Source: Planctomycetota bacterium
Lineage (GTDB): Bacteria; Planctomycetota; SZUA-567; H5-PLA8
Length of the DNA stretch: 45,265 bases
Assembly (NCBI GenBank): GCA_038227875.1
Contig: JBBRPR010000065.1
Location: 1 to 45,265, forward strand
Reading direction: 5' to 3'
Shown: one piece after another, positions 18,115-26,299 of the stretch
Position numbering within the stretch: the first letter of the stretch is position 1
Layout: every line of letters begins with the position of its first letter
Program-made: the position numbers and the translations under genes
The notes under the pieces: generated by a model
The model's database searches: none
What the model was told of the DNA's origin: nothing
Seen by the model: the letters and a program-made list of their open reading frames with translations, nothing else

Positions 18115-20820
18115 ATGCCCACCCGTCTGCCGGTCCGATTTTGCGCGCTCACGTTGTCGCTGCTGTGTTCAATTTCGCTCGTGTATGGCGCTGACGATCC
18201 GGCCGATGCCCTCGCTCCGGCGCTGAAGGGTGAGCCCTCGGCCGACGGCCTGATCACGTGGTGGCTCAACTCGCCGTTGCTGAAGGAACCGTTCGACAAG
18301 ATTGCCGCGCCGAAGAACGTTCGCGAAGGCGACGCGATTCCCGGAAGCGATGGCAAGTGGTCGCTCTACATCGCGCCCGCGCGATCGGTGACCTTCCGCG
18401 AGTACGCGCTCTCGAAAGGCGTTGTGCTTTCCTGCGTTCATATTTTCAGCCCGAATGCGGGAGGGCGGCGCCTCTCCGTGGCCAGCTGCGGCGGGGTCAA
18501 AGTTTTTCTCAATGGACAATTGTGCATCGACAAGCCGGAGCCGTTCACGCCGGTGACCGATCTGGGCGAAGCGACGATTGATCTGGCCCAAGGCATGAAC
18601 GAAATCTGCGTCGCGACCAACATGCGGCAGGGTTACATCACCAATTTTCAATTCGCGATCCGCCAGACCGGACCGCCGGGAGTCAAGCCGGCCGCCGGCG
18701 ATCTTCTCGTGTTGCCGACGGAGAAGGGGAAGGAAGCACAACCGGAAGCCGTGCTGGTTCGGTCGCTGACGTTCAACGCCAAGGAATCGTTCGTGAAACC
18801 CGGCGACAAAATTGCGCTGGCCGCGTACATCCTCGGCTCAGTGCCGTGGAATCTCGGCCTGCTCACGCCAACGATCGTCGATCCCGACGGCAATCCCGTG
18901 CCCAGCGACGTCCCGCGCACGGCCTCTGAGCTCGGCACGCGCTCGTTCTGGCAGTCGCAGTACACTGTGCCGTCGACGAAGGCGCCATCGATCACGCTGA
19001 CGCTGCAGATCAAGTCCGGCGAGAAAACGCTCGGCACCAAAACGCTCTCGCTGTTCAACTATCCTGGACTGCAAGCCACCGCCGAAGCACTGACCCAGTC
19101 GCTGAAGGAGCGTGCGCAGCGCGCCGGACATCCGTTCCCCAATGCGGCGCTTTACGCGGAGAAGGCTGGCCAGTTTCTGAACAAGATCGAAACCCACGAC
19201 GAACTGCCGTCCCCGCAGCTCGGCGACGCGATCGTGCAGTACCTCGAAATCGCCAAGCGCTGCGCCACAGCGGAAGAGGCCGGAAACGATCCGTGGGAAG
19301 GCAAGACGGGGTATTTCGAAAAAGCGTACCAGAGCGAGATCGACGAGAGCGCGCAGCCCTATCAGCTCCAGGTCCCCAGAAGCTTCGCGGCGCCTAAAGA
19401 CGGGAAGAAGTATCCGCTCGTGTTGTTCCTGCACGGCTACGTGCCGTATTACGACCGCCAGCATTGGTGGGACGAAGCGCCCGACTTTGACGTGATCTTC
19501 GAGAAGAACGATTGCTTCCTCGCGCTGCCCTTCGGCCGTTCGAACACCGATTTCCAATCCTGCGGCGAGACCGACGTGCTCGATGTCCTCGCCGATGTCC
19601 GCAAGCATTATCCCATCGACGAAAATCGCATCTATCTCTACGGCTACTCAATGGGCGGCATGGGCGTTTACACCATCGGCGCGCACCATCCCGATCTCTT
19701 CGCCGCTGGAATCGTGCTCGCCGGCCGCGCCGACAGCCCGCTCCAGAATTTCAAACCGCTGAACACGTTTGCGCCGTACAAGCAATGGATTATCCAGTCC
19801 GACAACCCGATCAGCCTGTGCGAAAATTTCGTCAACATTCCGCTGCGCCTCTATCACGGCCGCGACGACACGATCATTAACGTTTCCGAATCCAACCGCA
19901 TGGAAGCGCGCCTGAAAGAAGTCGGCTGCGACGTGAAATTGCAGCTCGGTCCCGGCAGCCACGGTTACGGACTGGAGATCATGTTCAGTGCCGAGCCGGT
20001 GGCGTGGCTGCTCTCGCATACGCGCGGGGCCACTCCGGAAAAAAATCACCTCAAGACATTCCGCCTGGAATACGCGAAGCAGAACAACGTAGCCGTCACC
20101 GCGACGACCGGCGAACTGCAGCCCATTGAGCTGGAGTGGACCACCAAGGACGGCGCAGTTGCGTTCACGAAGGACGACGCGAAAGTTCTGCAGCGCAGCA
20201 TCGCGGGGAAACTCGAGCCGGCGAAGCTCGACGGCCTGCGCAAATCGCCGCAGCTTTGCGGCCCAGTGCGCGAAGCGGTCTGCAGCGCCTTCATGGTTGT
20301 GTACGGCACGAAAGGTACGCCGCAAGCCGTTCTCGCCAACCGCCGCAACGCCGATCAATTCGCCGCCGACTGGAAAGAATTCTCAAAGAGTCCCGCGCTG
20401 ATCAAAGCCGATACCGAGGTGACCGCCGCCGACAAAGCTGCGAAGAATCTTTTCCTCTTCGGCGAAGAGCAGGAGAATACAATTCACGCCGAATGCGCCG
20501 CGAAGCTGCCGTTCTCCGTGAAAAACGGTAACGCGGTGATCGACGGCAAAACCGTTCCGCTCGAAGGCAAGGGTCTCATGTATCTCTACCCAAGCCCGCT
20601 GGCCAATCCTGAGCACCCGCGGTCGGTGATCATCTGCGCCGGGATGCTGTACGGAGCCGGCGTCTCGTCGAATCACAAGCTTGACCTCGTCCCGGATTTC
20701 ATTCTCTTCGACGACAAGCGCGACAATGACGGCACGAGCACCAACCGCGCCCTCTGCGCTGGATTCTTCAACGGAGAATGGAAGCTGGATCCGAAGATGA
20801 TCTGGTGGAGTGATAAGTAA
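18115..20820 (+). CDS. Large secreted multidomain alpha/beta-hydrolase (esterase/peptidase S9-like)
   Basis: Signal-peptide-like N-terminus; YPLVLFLHG, RIYLYGYSMGG nucleophile elbow, YHGRDD, GSHG; start uncertain (18091 or 18115). Confidence 0.8.
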   Translation: MPTRLPVRFCALTLSLLCSISLVYGADDPADALAPALKGEPSADGLITWWLNSPLLKEPFDKIAAPKNVREGDAIPGSDGKWSLYIAPARSVTFREYALSKGVVLSCVHIFSPNAGGRRLSVASCGGVKVFLNGQLCIDKPEPFTPVTDLGEATIDLAQGMNEICVATNMRQGYITNFQFAIRQTGPPGVKPAAGDLLVLPTEKGKEAQPEAVLVRSLTFNAKESFVKPGDKIALAAYILGSVPWNLGLLTPTIVDPDGNPVPSDVPRTASELGTRSFWQSQYTVPSTKAPSITLTLQIKSGEKTLGTKTLSLFNYPGLQATAEALTQSLKERAQRAGHPFPNAALYAEKAGQFLNKIETHDELPSPQLGDAIVQYLEIAKRCATAEEAGNDPWEGKTGYFEKAYQSEIDESAQPYQLQVPRSFAAPKDGKKYPLVLFLHGYVPYYDRQHWWDEAPDFDVIFEKNDCFLALPFGRSNTDFQSCGETDVLDVLADVRKHYPIDENRIYLYGYSMGGMGVYTIGAHHPDLFAAGIVLAGRADSPLQNFKPLNTFAPYKQWIIQSDNPISLCENFVNIPLRLYHGRDDTIINVSESNRMEARLKEVGCDVKLQLGPGSHGYGLEIMFSAEPVAWLLSHTRGATPEKNHLKTFRLEYAKQNNVAVTATTGELQPIELEWTTKDGAVAFTKDDAKVLQRSIAGKLEPAKLDGLRKSPQLCGPVREAVCSAFMVVYGTKGTPQAVLANRRNADQFAADWKEFSKSPALIKADTEVTAADKAAKNLFLFGEEQENTIHAECAAKLPFSVKNGNAVIDGKTVPLEGKGLMYLYPSPLANPEHPRSVIICAGMLYGAGVSSNHKLDLVPDFILFDDKRDNDGTSTNRALCAGFFNGEWKLDPKMIWWSDK

Positions 20821-20863
20821 AAGAAGGATCGAGTTTGTAAAAATCGCACGACAAACCCGCGAG

Positions 20864-21044
20864 GGGTGGCCCGGCCCCTCGGGCCGGGTCGCTCGCGACA
20901 AGAAGCTCCAGGACTGTTGTTGCGTTCGTGGAACGATTACGTCTGTCCGGATTGCTTTGAAGTCGGATGGTTTTTTGGCAGGGGTGATTCCGTCCTGGAG
21001 CTTCTTATTGCTGACGCAACCCGGCCCGAGGGTCCGGGCCACCC
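20864..21044. repeat. Inverted REP-like doublet (GGGTGGCCCGG...CCGGG) with extended inner inverted arms
   Basis: 20864-20889 versus 21019-21044 and AAGAAGCTCCAGGAC/GTCCTGGAGCTTCTT (20900-14 / 20992-21006). Confidence 0.85.
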
Positions 21045-21049
21045 AGCAT

Positions 21050-21082
21050 AAAAAAGCTCGCCGCTAAAGCGGCGAGTTTTTT
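21050..21082. terminator. Bidirectional intrinsic terminator between the hydrolase gene and leuA
   Basis: AAAAAA-G-CTCGCCGC-TAAA-GCGGCGAG-TTTTTT. Confidence 0.85.
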
Positions 21083-21105
21083 CAACGTTAAACACTCAAC
21101 AATCC

Positions 21106-22698
21106 TCACACCGGTTTCGGTGCCAGCCGTCCCGGGACCGGAATATCTTCCGCCGGCCTGTTGCTGGAGCGCACCGCCGCTCGGCAGATCGCGTTCACGT
21201 ACGCTTTGGCGGACGCTTCGATGATGTCCGTCGAGACGCCGCGTCCGTGGACGACCGTGCCTTCGATCTCGACTTTCATGTCGACTTCGCCCTGCGCTTC
21301 CTGCCCGACGGTGATCGAGTGGACCTGGAAATCAAGAAGCTTGGCTTTCACGCCGGTGAGGCGGTTGATCGCATGTGTCATCGCGTCGATCGGGCCGTCG
21401 CCAATCGCGGCATCCTGAAAACGCTCGTCGCCGCGCTTCAAACAGACCGTGGCCGTCGGCACAGATTTATTGCCGCTGGAGACCTGGAGCAGTTCCAATT
21501 CCCACGCCGGCGTGGTGGAATCGAGTTGATCCTCCACGATCGCCTGCAAATCGGCGTCGTAGATCGACTTCTTCTTGTCGCACAGCACCTTGAACGTATC
21601 GAACGCGCGTTCCAGTTCTGCGTCGTGGAGATTGTAGCCCAGTTCCTTCAAGCGCGATCCGAACGCGTGCTTGCCGGAATGCTTGCCCATCACCAGCGAC
21701 GACTGTTCCAGGCCGATGTCCGCCGGATGCATGATCTCGTACGTCGAACGTTCCTTGAGCATGCCGTCCTGATGGATGCCCGATTCGTGCGCGAACGCGT
21801 TTTCGCCGACGACGGCCTTGTTGCGCTGAACGTGGATGCCGGTCAGATTCGAAACCAGGCGCGACGTCTGGAGAATGCGCCGCGTGTCGATATTCGTTGA
21901 GTAGCCCTTGTAAAAATCCTGCCGCGTGCGCAGTGCCATGACCAGTTCTTCGAGCGCCGCGTTGCCGGCGCGTTCTCCGATACCGTTGACCGTGCATTCC
22001 ACCTGCCGCGCGCCGTTGCGCACGCCGGCAAGGCTGTTGGAGACCGCCAGGCCCAGATCGTTGTGGCAATGCGTCGAGATCACCGCTTTGTCGATGTTCG
22101 GCACTTTGGTTTTCAGCGTGTGAATCAATTGGCCGTATTCTTCCGGCACCGCGTAGCCGACGGTGTCGGGAATATTCACGGTCGTCGCGCCTGCTTCGAT
22201 CACCGCCTGCACGACCTCGCAGAGAAATTCCGGCTCGGTACGGCTGGCGTCTTCGGGGCTGAATTCAATGTCCTTGCAATACGTGAGCGCCATTTTCACG
22301 GAGTTCACCGCCTGCTTGACGATTTCGTCCTTCGCTTTCTTGAGTTTGAACTCGCGATGAATGGCGCTGGTGGCCAGGAAGACGTGAATGCGCGGACGCT
22401 TCGCGTTGGCAACGGCACCGGCCGCGGCCTTGATGTCCTTCTCCAGGCTGCGCGCCAGGCCGCAGATCACCGGACCGTCGATCTCTTCGGCGATGGCTTT
22501 GACCGCGTCAAAATCTCCCGGCGAGGCGATCGGGAAGCCCGCTTCAATAATGTCCACCTTCAACCGCGTGAGGGCTCGGGCGACCTGCAGCTTCTCTTCG
22601 CGGTTCATGCTCGCGCCCGGCGACTGTTCGCCATCGCGCAGCGTTGTATCAAAAATCAGAATCTTGCCAGAATCAGGACCAGCGTTATCAGCACTCAT
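21106..22698 (-). CDS. leuA: 2-isopropylmalate synthase
   Basis: [44 protein letters not shown]-terminal regulatory domain (GDGPIDA). Confidence 0.97.
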   Translation of the reverse strand: MSADNAGPDSGKILIFDTTLRDGEQSPGASMNREEKLQVARALTRLKVDIIEAGFPIASPGDFDAVKAIAEEIDGPVICGLARSLEKDIKAAAGAVANAKRPRIHVFLATSAIHREFKLKKAKDEIVKQAVNSVKMALTYCKDIEFSPEDASRTEPEFLCEVVQAVIEAGATTVNIPDTVGYAVPEEYGQLIHTLKTKVPNIDKAVISTHCHNDLGLAVSNSLAGVRNGARQVECTVNGIGERAGNAALEELVMALRTRQDFYKGYSTNIDTRRILQTSRLVSNLTGIHVQRNKAVVGENAFAHESGIHQDGMLKERSTYEIMHPADIGLEQSSLVMGKHSGKHAFGSRLKELGYNLHDAELERAFDTFKVLCDKKKSIYDADLQAIVEDQLDSTTPAWELELLQVSSGNKSVPTATVCLKRGDERFQDAAIGDGPIDAMTHAINRLTGVKAKLLDFQVHSITVGQEAQGEVDMKVEIEGTVVHGRGVSTDIIEASAKAYVNAICRAAVRSSNRPAEDIPVPGRLAPKPV

Positions 22699-22969
22699 GT
22701 TCGTTCACCCTTTCAATCGCATTTCAGACAAAGCATAGTATCGCCGCCGGACTCAAAGCCGGAAAGCGCGTAAACGATAGGTTTTAAAAATCATGAACTA
22801 CGAATTTAGCGGGATAGGATGAGGCATGGAAGCGCGGCGCTCGCGGGTCTTTTTCCGCGAGCGGGGATACCTCCATGAACAAGGCGTGTACCGGATGCGT
22901 GACTCATGGCGACTATCAAACACTGTGCGGCGCGAATAATCAAGTAGGAAATTAAGCGCGCGCTAACGC

Positions 22970-23236
22970 GCGAGGGGCCAGGGGTCAGGGGTCAGAGATG
23001 GGCACGCGCACGGATTATTTTGACGGTTTGAGCGTGTGTCAGCAAGAAGGCAGAAGGCAGTAGCAGTTGGCAGCCCCGAGAGATCCACCCAGACCTTTGT
23101 GCCTTTGGGCACAAAGGTCTGTCTTCTAGCGGCGGCACGAAAAAACGGCTCCGTCGTCCATCGCCGCGCCGTTGCGAGATCCATTCCGTGCTCGCACCCA
23201 CCTCTGACCCCTGGCCCCTCACCGCTAACCCCTCGC
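22970..23236. mobile_element. MITE-like non-coding element with ~45-bp imperfect inverted termini built on GGGGTCA heptamers
   Basis: Left gcgaggggccaggggtcaggggtcagagatgggcacgcgcacgga matches the reverse complement of 23185-23236; perfect internal 14-bp hairpin at 23090-23121. Confidence 0.6.
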
Positions 23237-23271
23237 CGCGCGTGCCGAAGGCACGCGCGGCGCTTCGCACA

Positions 23272-23326
23272 TGTTCACTTGTCGACCTAGTTGTTCAATA
23301 GTAGACATATTGTTTACTTTGCAGCA
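23272..23326 (+). promoter_or_regulatory. Three tandem TGT-N10-ACA-like candidate enhancer (bEBP) sites
   Basis: TGTtcacttgtcgACC (23272), TGTtcaatagtagACA (23292), TGTttactttgcaGCA (23311); about 100-140 bp upstream of the -24 box. Confidence 0.55.
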
Positions 23327-23411
23327 AAACGGTGGCGTCACCGGTCGCGCGTGGGGAATCTAAGGCGCGAGAGTCAAACGAGTTGCAAATAAAGCAGGGC
23401 CACGTAATGAT

Positions 23412-23426
23412 TGGCGTTGCTTTTGC
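23412..23426 (+). promoter_or_regulatory. Sigma54 (-24/-12) promoter
   Basis: TGGC-gttgctt-TTGC with exact GG-N10-GC spacing, 31 bp before the P-II start. Confidence 0.75.
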
Positions 23427-23457
23427 CCACTAATTAATCAGCGCCCGGAGCCTCTCC

Positions 23458-23805
23458 ATGAAGTTGATCGAAGCCATCATCCAGCCTTCCCGGCTGGAGG
23501 CAGTGAAAGAAGCATTGAACGAAGTCGAAGTGGTGCGCCTGACGGTCTGCGACGTTCAAGGCTTCGGCCGGCAGAAGGGGCACACAGAAATTTACCGCGG
23601 GCATGAGTACACGGTAAATCTGCTGCGCAAGGTGAAGCTGGAGATCGCGGTCAACGACGATTTTGTCGAGCCGACGATCCAGGCGATCATCCGCGGCGGC
23701 CGCTCGGGCGAAGGCGGCCAGATCGGCGACGGCAAGATTTTTGTATTGCCGCTGGAAGATTGCGTGCGCATCCGCACCGGCGAACGGGGACCGGAAGCGA
23801 TTTAG
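23458..23805 (+). CDS. glnB: Nitrogen regulatory protein P-II (GlnB/GlnK family)
   Basis: GFGRQKGHTEIYRGHEY (Tyr51 kept), IGDGKIFV, RIRTGERG; upstream of glnA. Confidence 0.93.
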   Translation: MKLIEAIIQPSRLEAVKEALNEVEVVRLTVCDVQGFGRQKGHTEIYRGHEYTVNLLRKVKLEIAVNDDFVEPTIQAIIRGGRSGEGGQIGDGKIFVLPLEDCVRIRTGERGPEAI

Positions 23806-24132
23806 AAAAATCGGGTTGCGAATTTCAAGCTCCGGATAGAGTCGGGTGATCTTTTAAACTTTCACTGCAAGGCACTGCGCACCAGCAGGATTTTTCACGC
23901 GTGGCGCCATGCAGACGGGCAGGAATTATCGGACCGAAGAAGAAATTTCCCGGACCGGTTTGAGCAGGGAGCAGGAAGCAGGTCGCGCGTTTACGCGCTC
24001 GCTGTGGGGGCGTTCCGACAGCATCGAATTTTGAAATCTTAAGAGTAGCGTCACGTCGATAGGGATGGATGGTGCGGGGACAAATCCGCAATCCGGATCG
24101 TTCGGACGCAATGTGTAGAGGAGCAGAAGCGC

Positions 24133-25560
24133 ATGCCCAAGACGGCAAAAGAAGTCCTTGAGTTCGCCAAGGCCAAGGGCGTCACCACCGTTGACTTCCG
24201 ATTCATGGATTTCATCGGTACTTGGCAACACTTTTCAACCCCGTTGCGTGAGTTGTCCGAAGAAGTGTTCAAGGACGGCTTGGGTTTCGACGCGTCGTCG
24301 ATCCGCGGTTGGGCGCACATTCACGAATCGGACATGCTCGTCGTTCCCGATCCGGACACCGCCTTCATCGACCCGTTCTTCAAAGACACGACCCTCAACA
24401 TCATCTGCAACATTCAGGACCCGATCACGCGCGCCGATTACAGTCGCGACCCCCGCAACATCGCCATCAAGGCTGAAAAGTACCTGAGCAGCACGGGCAT
24501 CGGCGACACCTGCTACGTCGGACCGGAAGCCGAATTCTTCATCTTCGACTCCGTCCGCATCTACGGCGGCGTCAACTCGGCCGGTTACGAAATCGAATCC
24601 GAAGAAGGCCACTGGACGTCGAAGAATCCCTCGACGGACGCGAAGCCCAATCTCGGCCACGACATCCGCCCCAAGGAAGGTTACTTCCCGGTTCCGCCCA
24701 CCGACCAGCAGCAGGACATCCGCAACGAAATGATGCTGGTGATGGAAGCGTGCGGCATCGAAATCGAACGTCAGCATCACGAAGTCGCCACCGCCGGTCA
24801 GGCCGAAATCGACTTCAAGTTCGACAAGCTGACCCGCTGCGCCGACAAGCTGATGATGTACAAGTACATCATCAAGAATGTCGCCAAGCGCCACAACAAA
24901 GTCGCGACGTTCATGCCCAAGCCGCTGTTCGGCGATAACGGTTCGGGTATGCACACGCACATGTCGTTCTGGAAGGGCGGCAAGAATCTGTTCGCCGGTT
25001 CCGGCTACGCGGGTCTCTCTGACCAGGCCTTGTTCGCCATGGGCGGCGTCCTGAAGCATGCGCGCGCGCTGATCGGTCTGACCAACCCGACGACCAACAG
25101 CTACAAGCGCCTGACCCCCGGTTACGAAGCGCCGATCAATCTCGCCTACAGCGCCCGCAACCGCTCCGCTTGTCTGCGCATTCCGATGTTCAGCCAGAAC
25201 CCGAAGGCCAAGCGCTTCGAGTTCCGCTGCCCGGATCCGACGTGCAATCCGTACCTCGCGTTCTCGGCGATCATGATGGCCGCCATCGACGGCATCCAGA
25301 ACAAGATCCACCCCGGCCAGCCGCTCGACAAGGACATCTACGACCTCCCGCCGGAAGAGTTGGCGAAGGTTCCGAACACCCCGGGCAGCCTCGACGAGTC
25401 GCTCAACGCGCTCGAAGAGGATCACGAATTCCTCCTGAAGGGCGAGGTCTTCACGTCCGACGTGATCGAAACGTGGATCGACTACAAGCGCAAGAAGGAA
25501 GCCGACCAGGTCCGCCTCCGCCCGCATCCGCACGAGTACTACCTGTACTTCGACATGTAA
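24133..25560 (+). CDS. glnA: Glutamine synthetase type I
   Basis: FDASSI, HHEVATAGQ, TFMPKPLFGDNGSGMH, YKRLTPGYEAP, DKDIYDLPPEE (adenylylatable Tyr). Confidence 0.98.
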   Translation: MPKTAKEVLEFAKAKGVTTVDFRFMDFIGTWQHFSTPLRELSEEVFKDGLGFDASSIRGWAHIHESDMLVVPDPDTAFIDPFFKDTTLNIICNIQDPITRADYSRDPRNIAIKAEKYLSSTGIGDTCYVGPEAEFFIFDSVRIYGGVNSAGYEIESEEGHWTSKNPSTDAKPNLGHDIRPKEGYFPVPPTDQQQDIRNEMMLVMEACGIEIERQHHEVATAGQAEIDFKFDKLTRCADKLMMYKYIIKNVAKRHNKVATFMPKPLFGDNGSGMHTHMSFWKGGKNLFAGSGYAGLSDQALFAMGGVLKHARALIGLTNPTTNSYKRLTPGYEAPINLAYSARNRSACLRIPMFSQNPKAKRFEFRCPDPTCNPYLAFSAIMMAAIDGIQNKIHPGQPLDKDIYDLPPEELAKVPNTPGSLDESLNALEEDHEFLLKGEVFTSDVIETWIDYKRKKEADQVRLRPHPHEYYLYFDM

Positions 25561-25587
25561 TCGTCGATGTACGTTCACTGTTTCAAG

Positions 25588-25620
25588 ACTGGCGGCCCGC
25601 AAGGGCCGCCAGTTTTTTTT
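25588..25620 (+). terminator. Intrinsic terminator after glnA
   Basis: ACTGGCGGCCC-GCAA-GGGCCGCCAGT followed by a T run. Confidence 0.92.
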
Positions 25621-25632
25621 GCGTGGCGGCGC

Positions 25633-25816
25633 GAATTCAAAATTCCAAATTCAAAAACGTACGCGGATGGGATACGTTCAAGGAGCGACGATGCTTTGTC
25701 CGTAGTCCGGGCATCCTGCCCGGTCCGCGACGAACGGGAGAAATCTTGAAATTGTAGTGTCGTCGGGGAATGCAGTTTCATACCGCGTGCATTTTTGAAT
25801 TTTTAATTTTGAATTC
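25633..25816. mobile_element. MITE-like element with ~37-bp inverted termini built on TTCAAAA heptamers, containing a GTAG-type REP hairpin
   Basis: gaattcaaaattccaaattcaaaaacgtacgcggatg versus reverse complement of 25779-25816; GTAGT-CCGGGCA-TCC-TGCCCGG at 25702-25723. Confidence 0.6.
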
Positions 25817-25830
25817 TGTCCGGAGGACGC

Positions 25831-26283
25831 GTGGGTCTCGAGATCGAACACAAATTCCTCGTCCGTCGTGAACACTTGCCCAAGCGCTTGCCGGCGGGCA
25901 AAGAGATTTACCAAGGCTTCCTCTGCGCGCTGCCGGTCGTGCGCGTCCGACTGATCCGCGAGCATGGGAAGCAGTCGGGCTTTCTCACCATTAAAGGGAA
26001 GGGACTGCGCGTGCGCGCGGAATACGAATACCCGATCCCCGCTAAAGACGCGGTCGAACTGTTGAAACTCTGCGGTACGCGCACGATCCGGAAAATCCGC
26101 CGCGACCTCGGCCCGTTTGAAGTCGACGAATTCCTCGGCCGCCACAAAGGCCTGTGGCTCGCCGAAATCGAACTAGCCTCCAGCACCGCCAAACTCCCAC
26201 CCCTCCCGGAATGGATCGGAAAAGACGTGACTTCTGATAAGCAGTATGCGAACGTGAATCTGGCGGGCTATAGGCGCATGTGA
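25831..26283 (+). CDS. CYTH domain protein (triphosphate tunnel metalloenzyme)
   Basis: EIEHKFLV (ExExK), RVR, LTIKG, RAEYEY, EVDEF, LAEIE; GGAGG before GTG. Confidence 0.9.
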   Translation: MGLEIEHKFLVRREHLPKRLPAGKEIYQGFLCALPVVRVRLIREHGKQSGFLTIKGKGLRVRAEYEYPIPAKDAVELLKLCGTRTIRKIRRDLGPFEVDEFLGRHKGLWLAEIELASSTAKLPPLPEWIGKDVTSDKQYANVNLAGYRRM

Positions 26284-26299
26284 TTTCAGGAGCGAAATC

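Noticed and set aside
24090..24132. Glutamine (glnA) riboswitch suggested by ATCGTTC upstream of glnA
   Set aside because: The CGGAAGTA core and three-stem junction are not present
25831..26283. CYTH protein as a GlnA/P-II de-nucleotidylating enzyme
   Set aside because: Separated from glnA by a strong terminator and a repeat element; adjacency alone is not evidence
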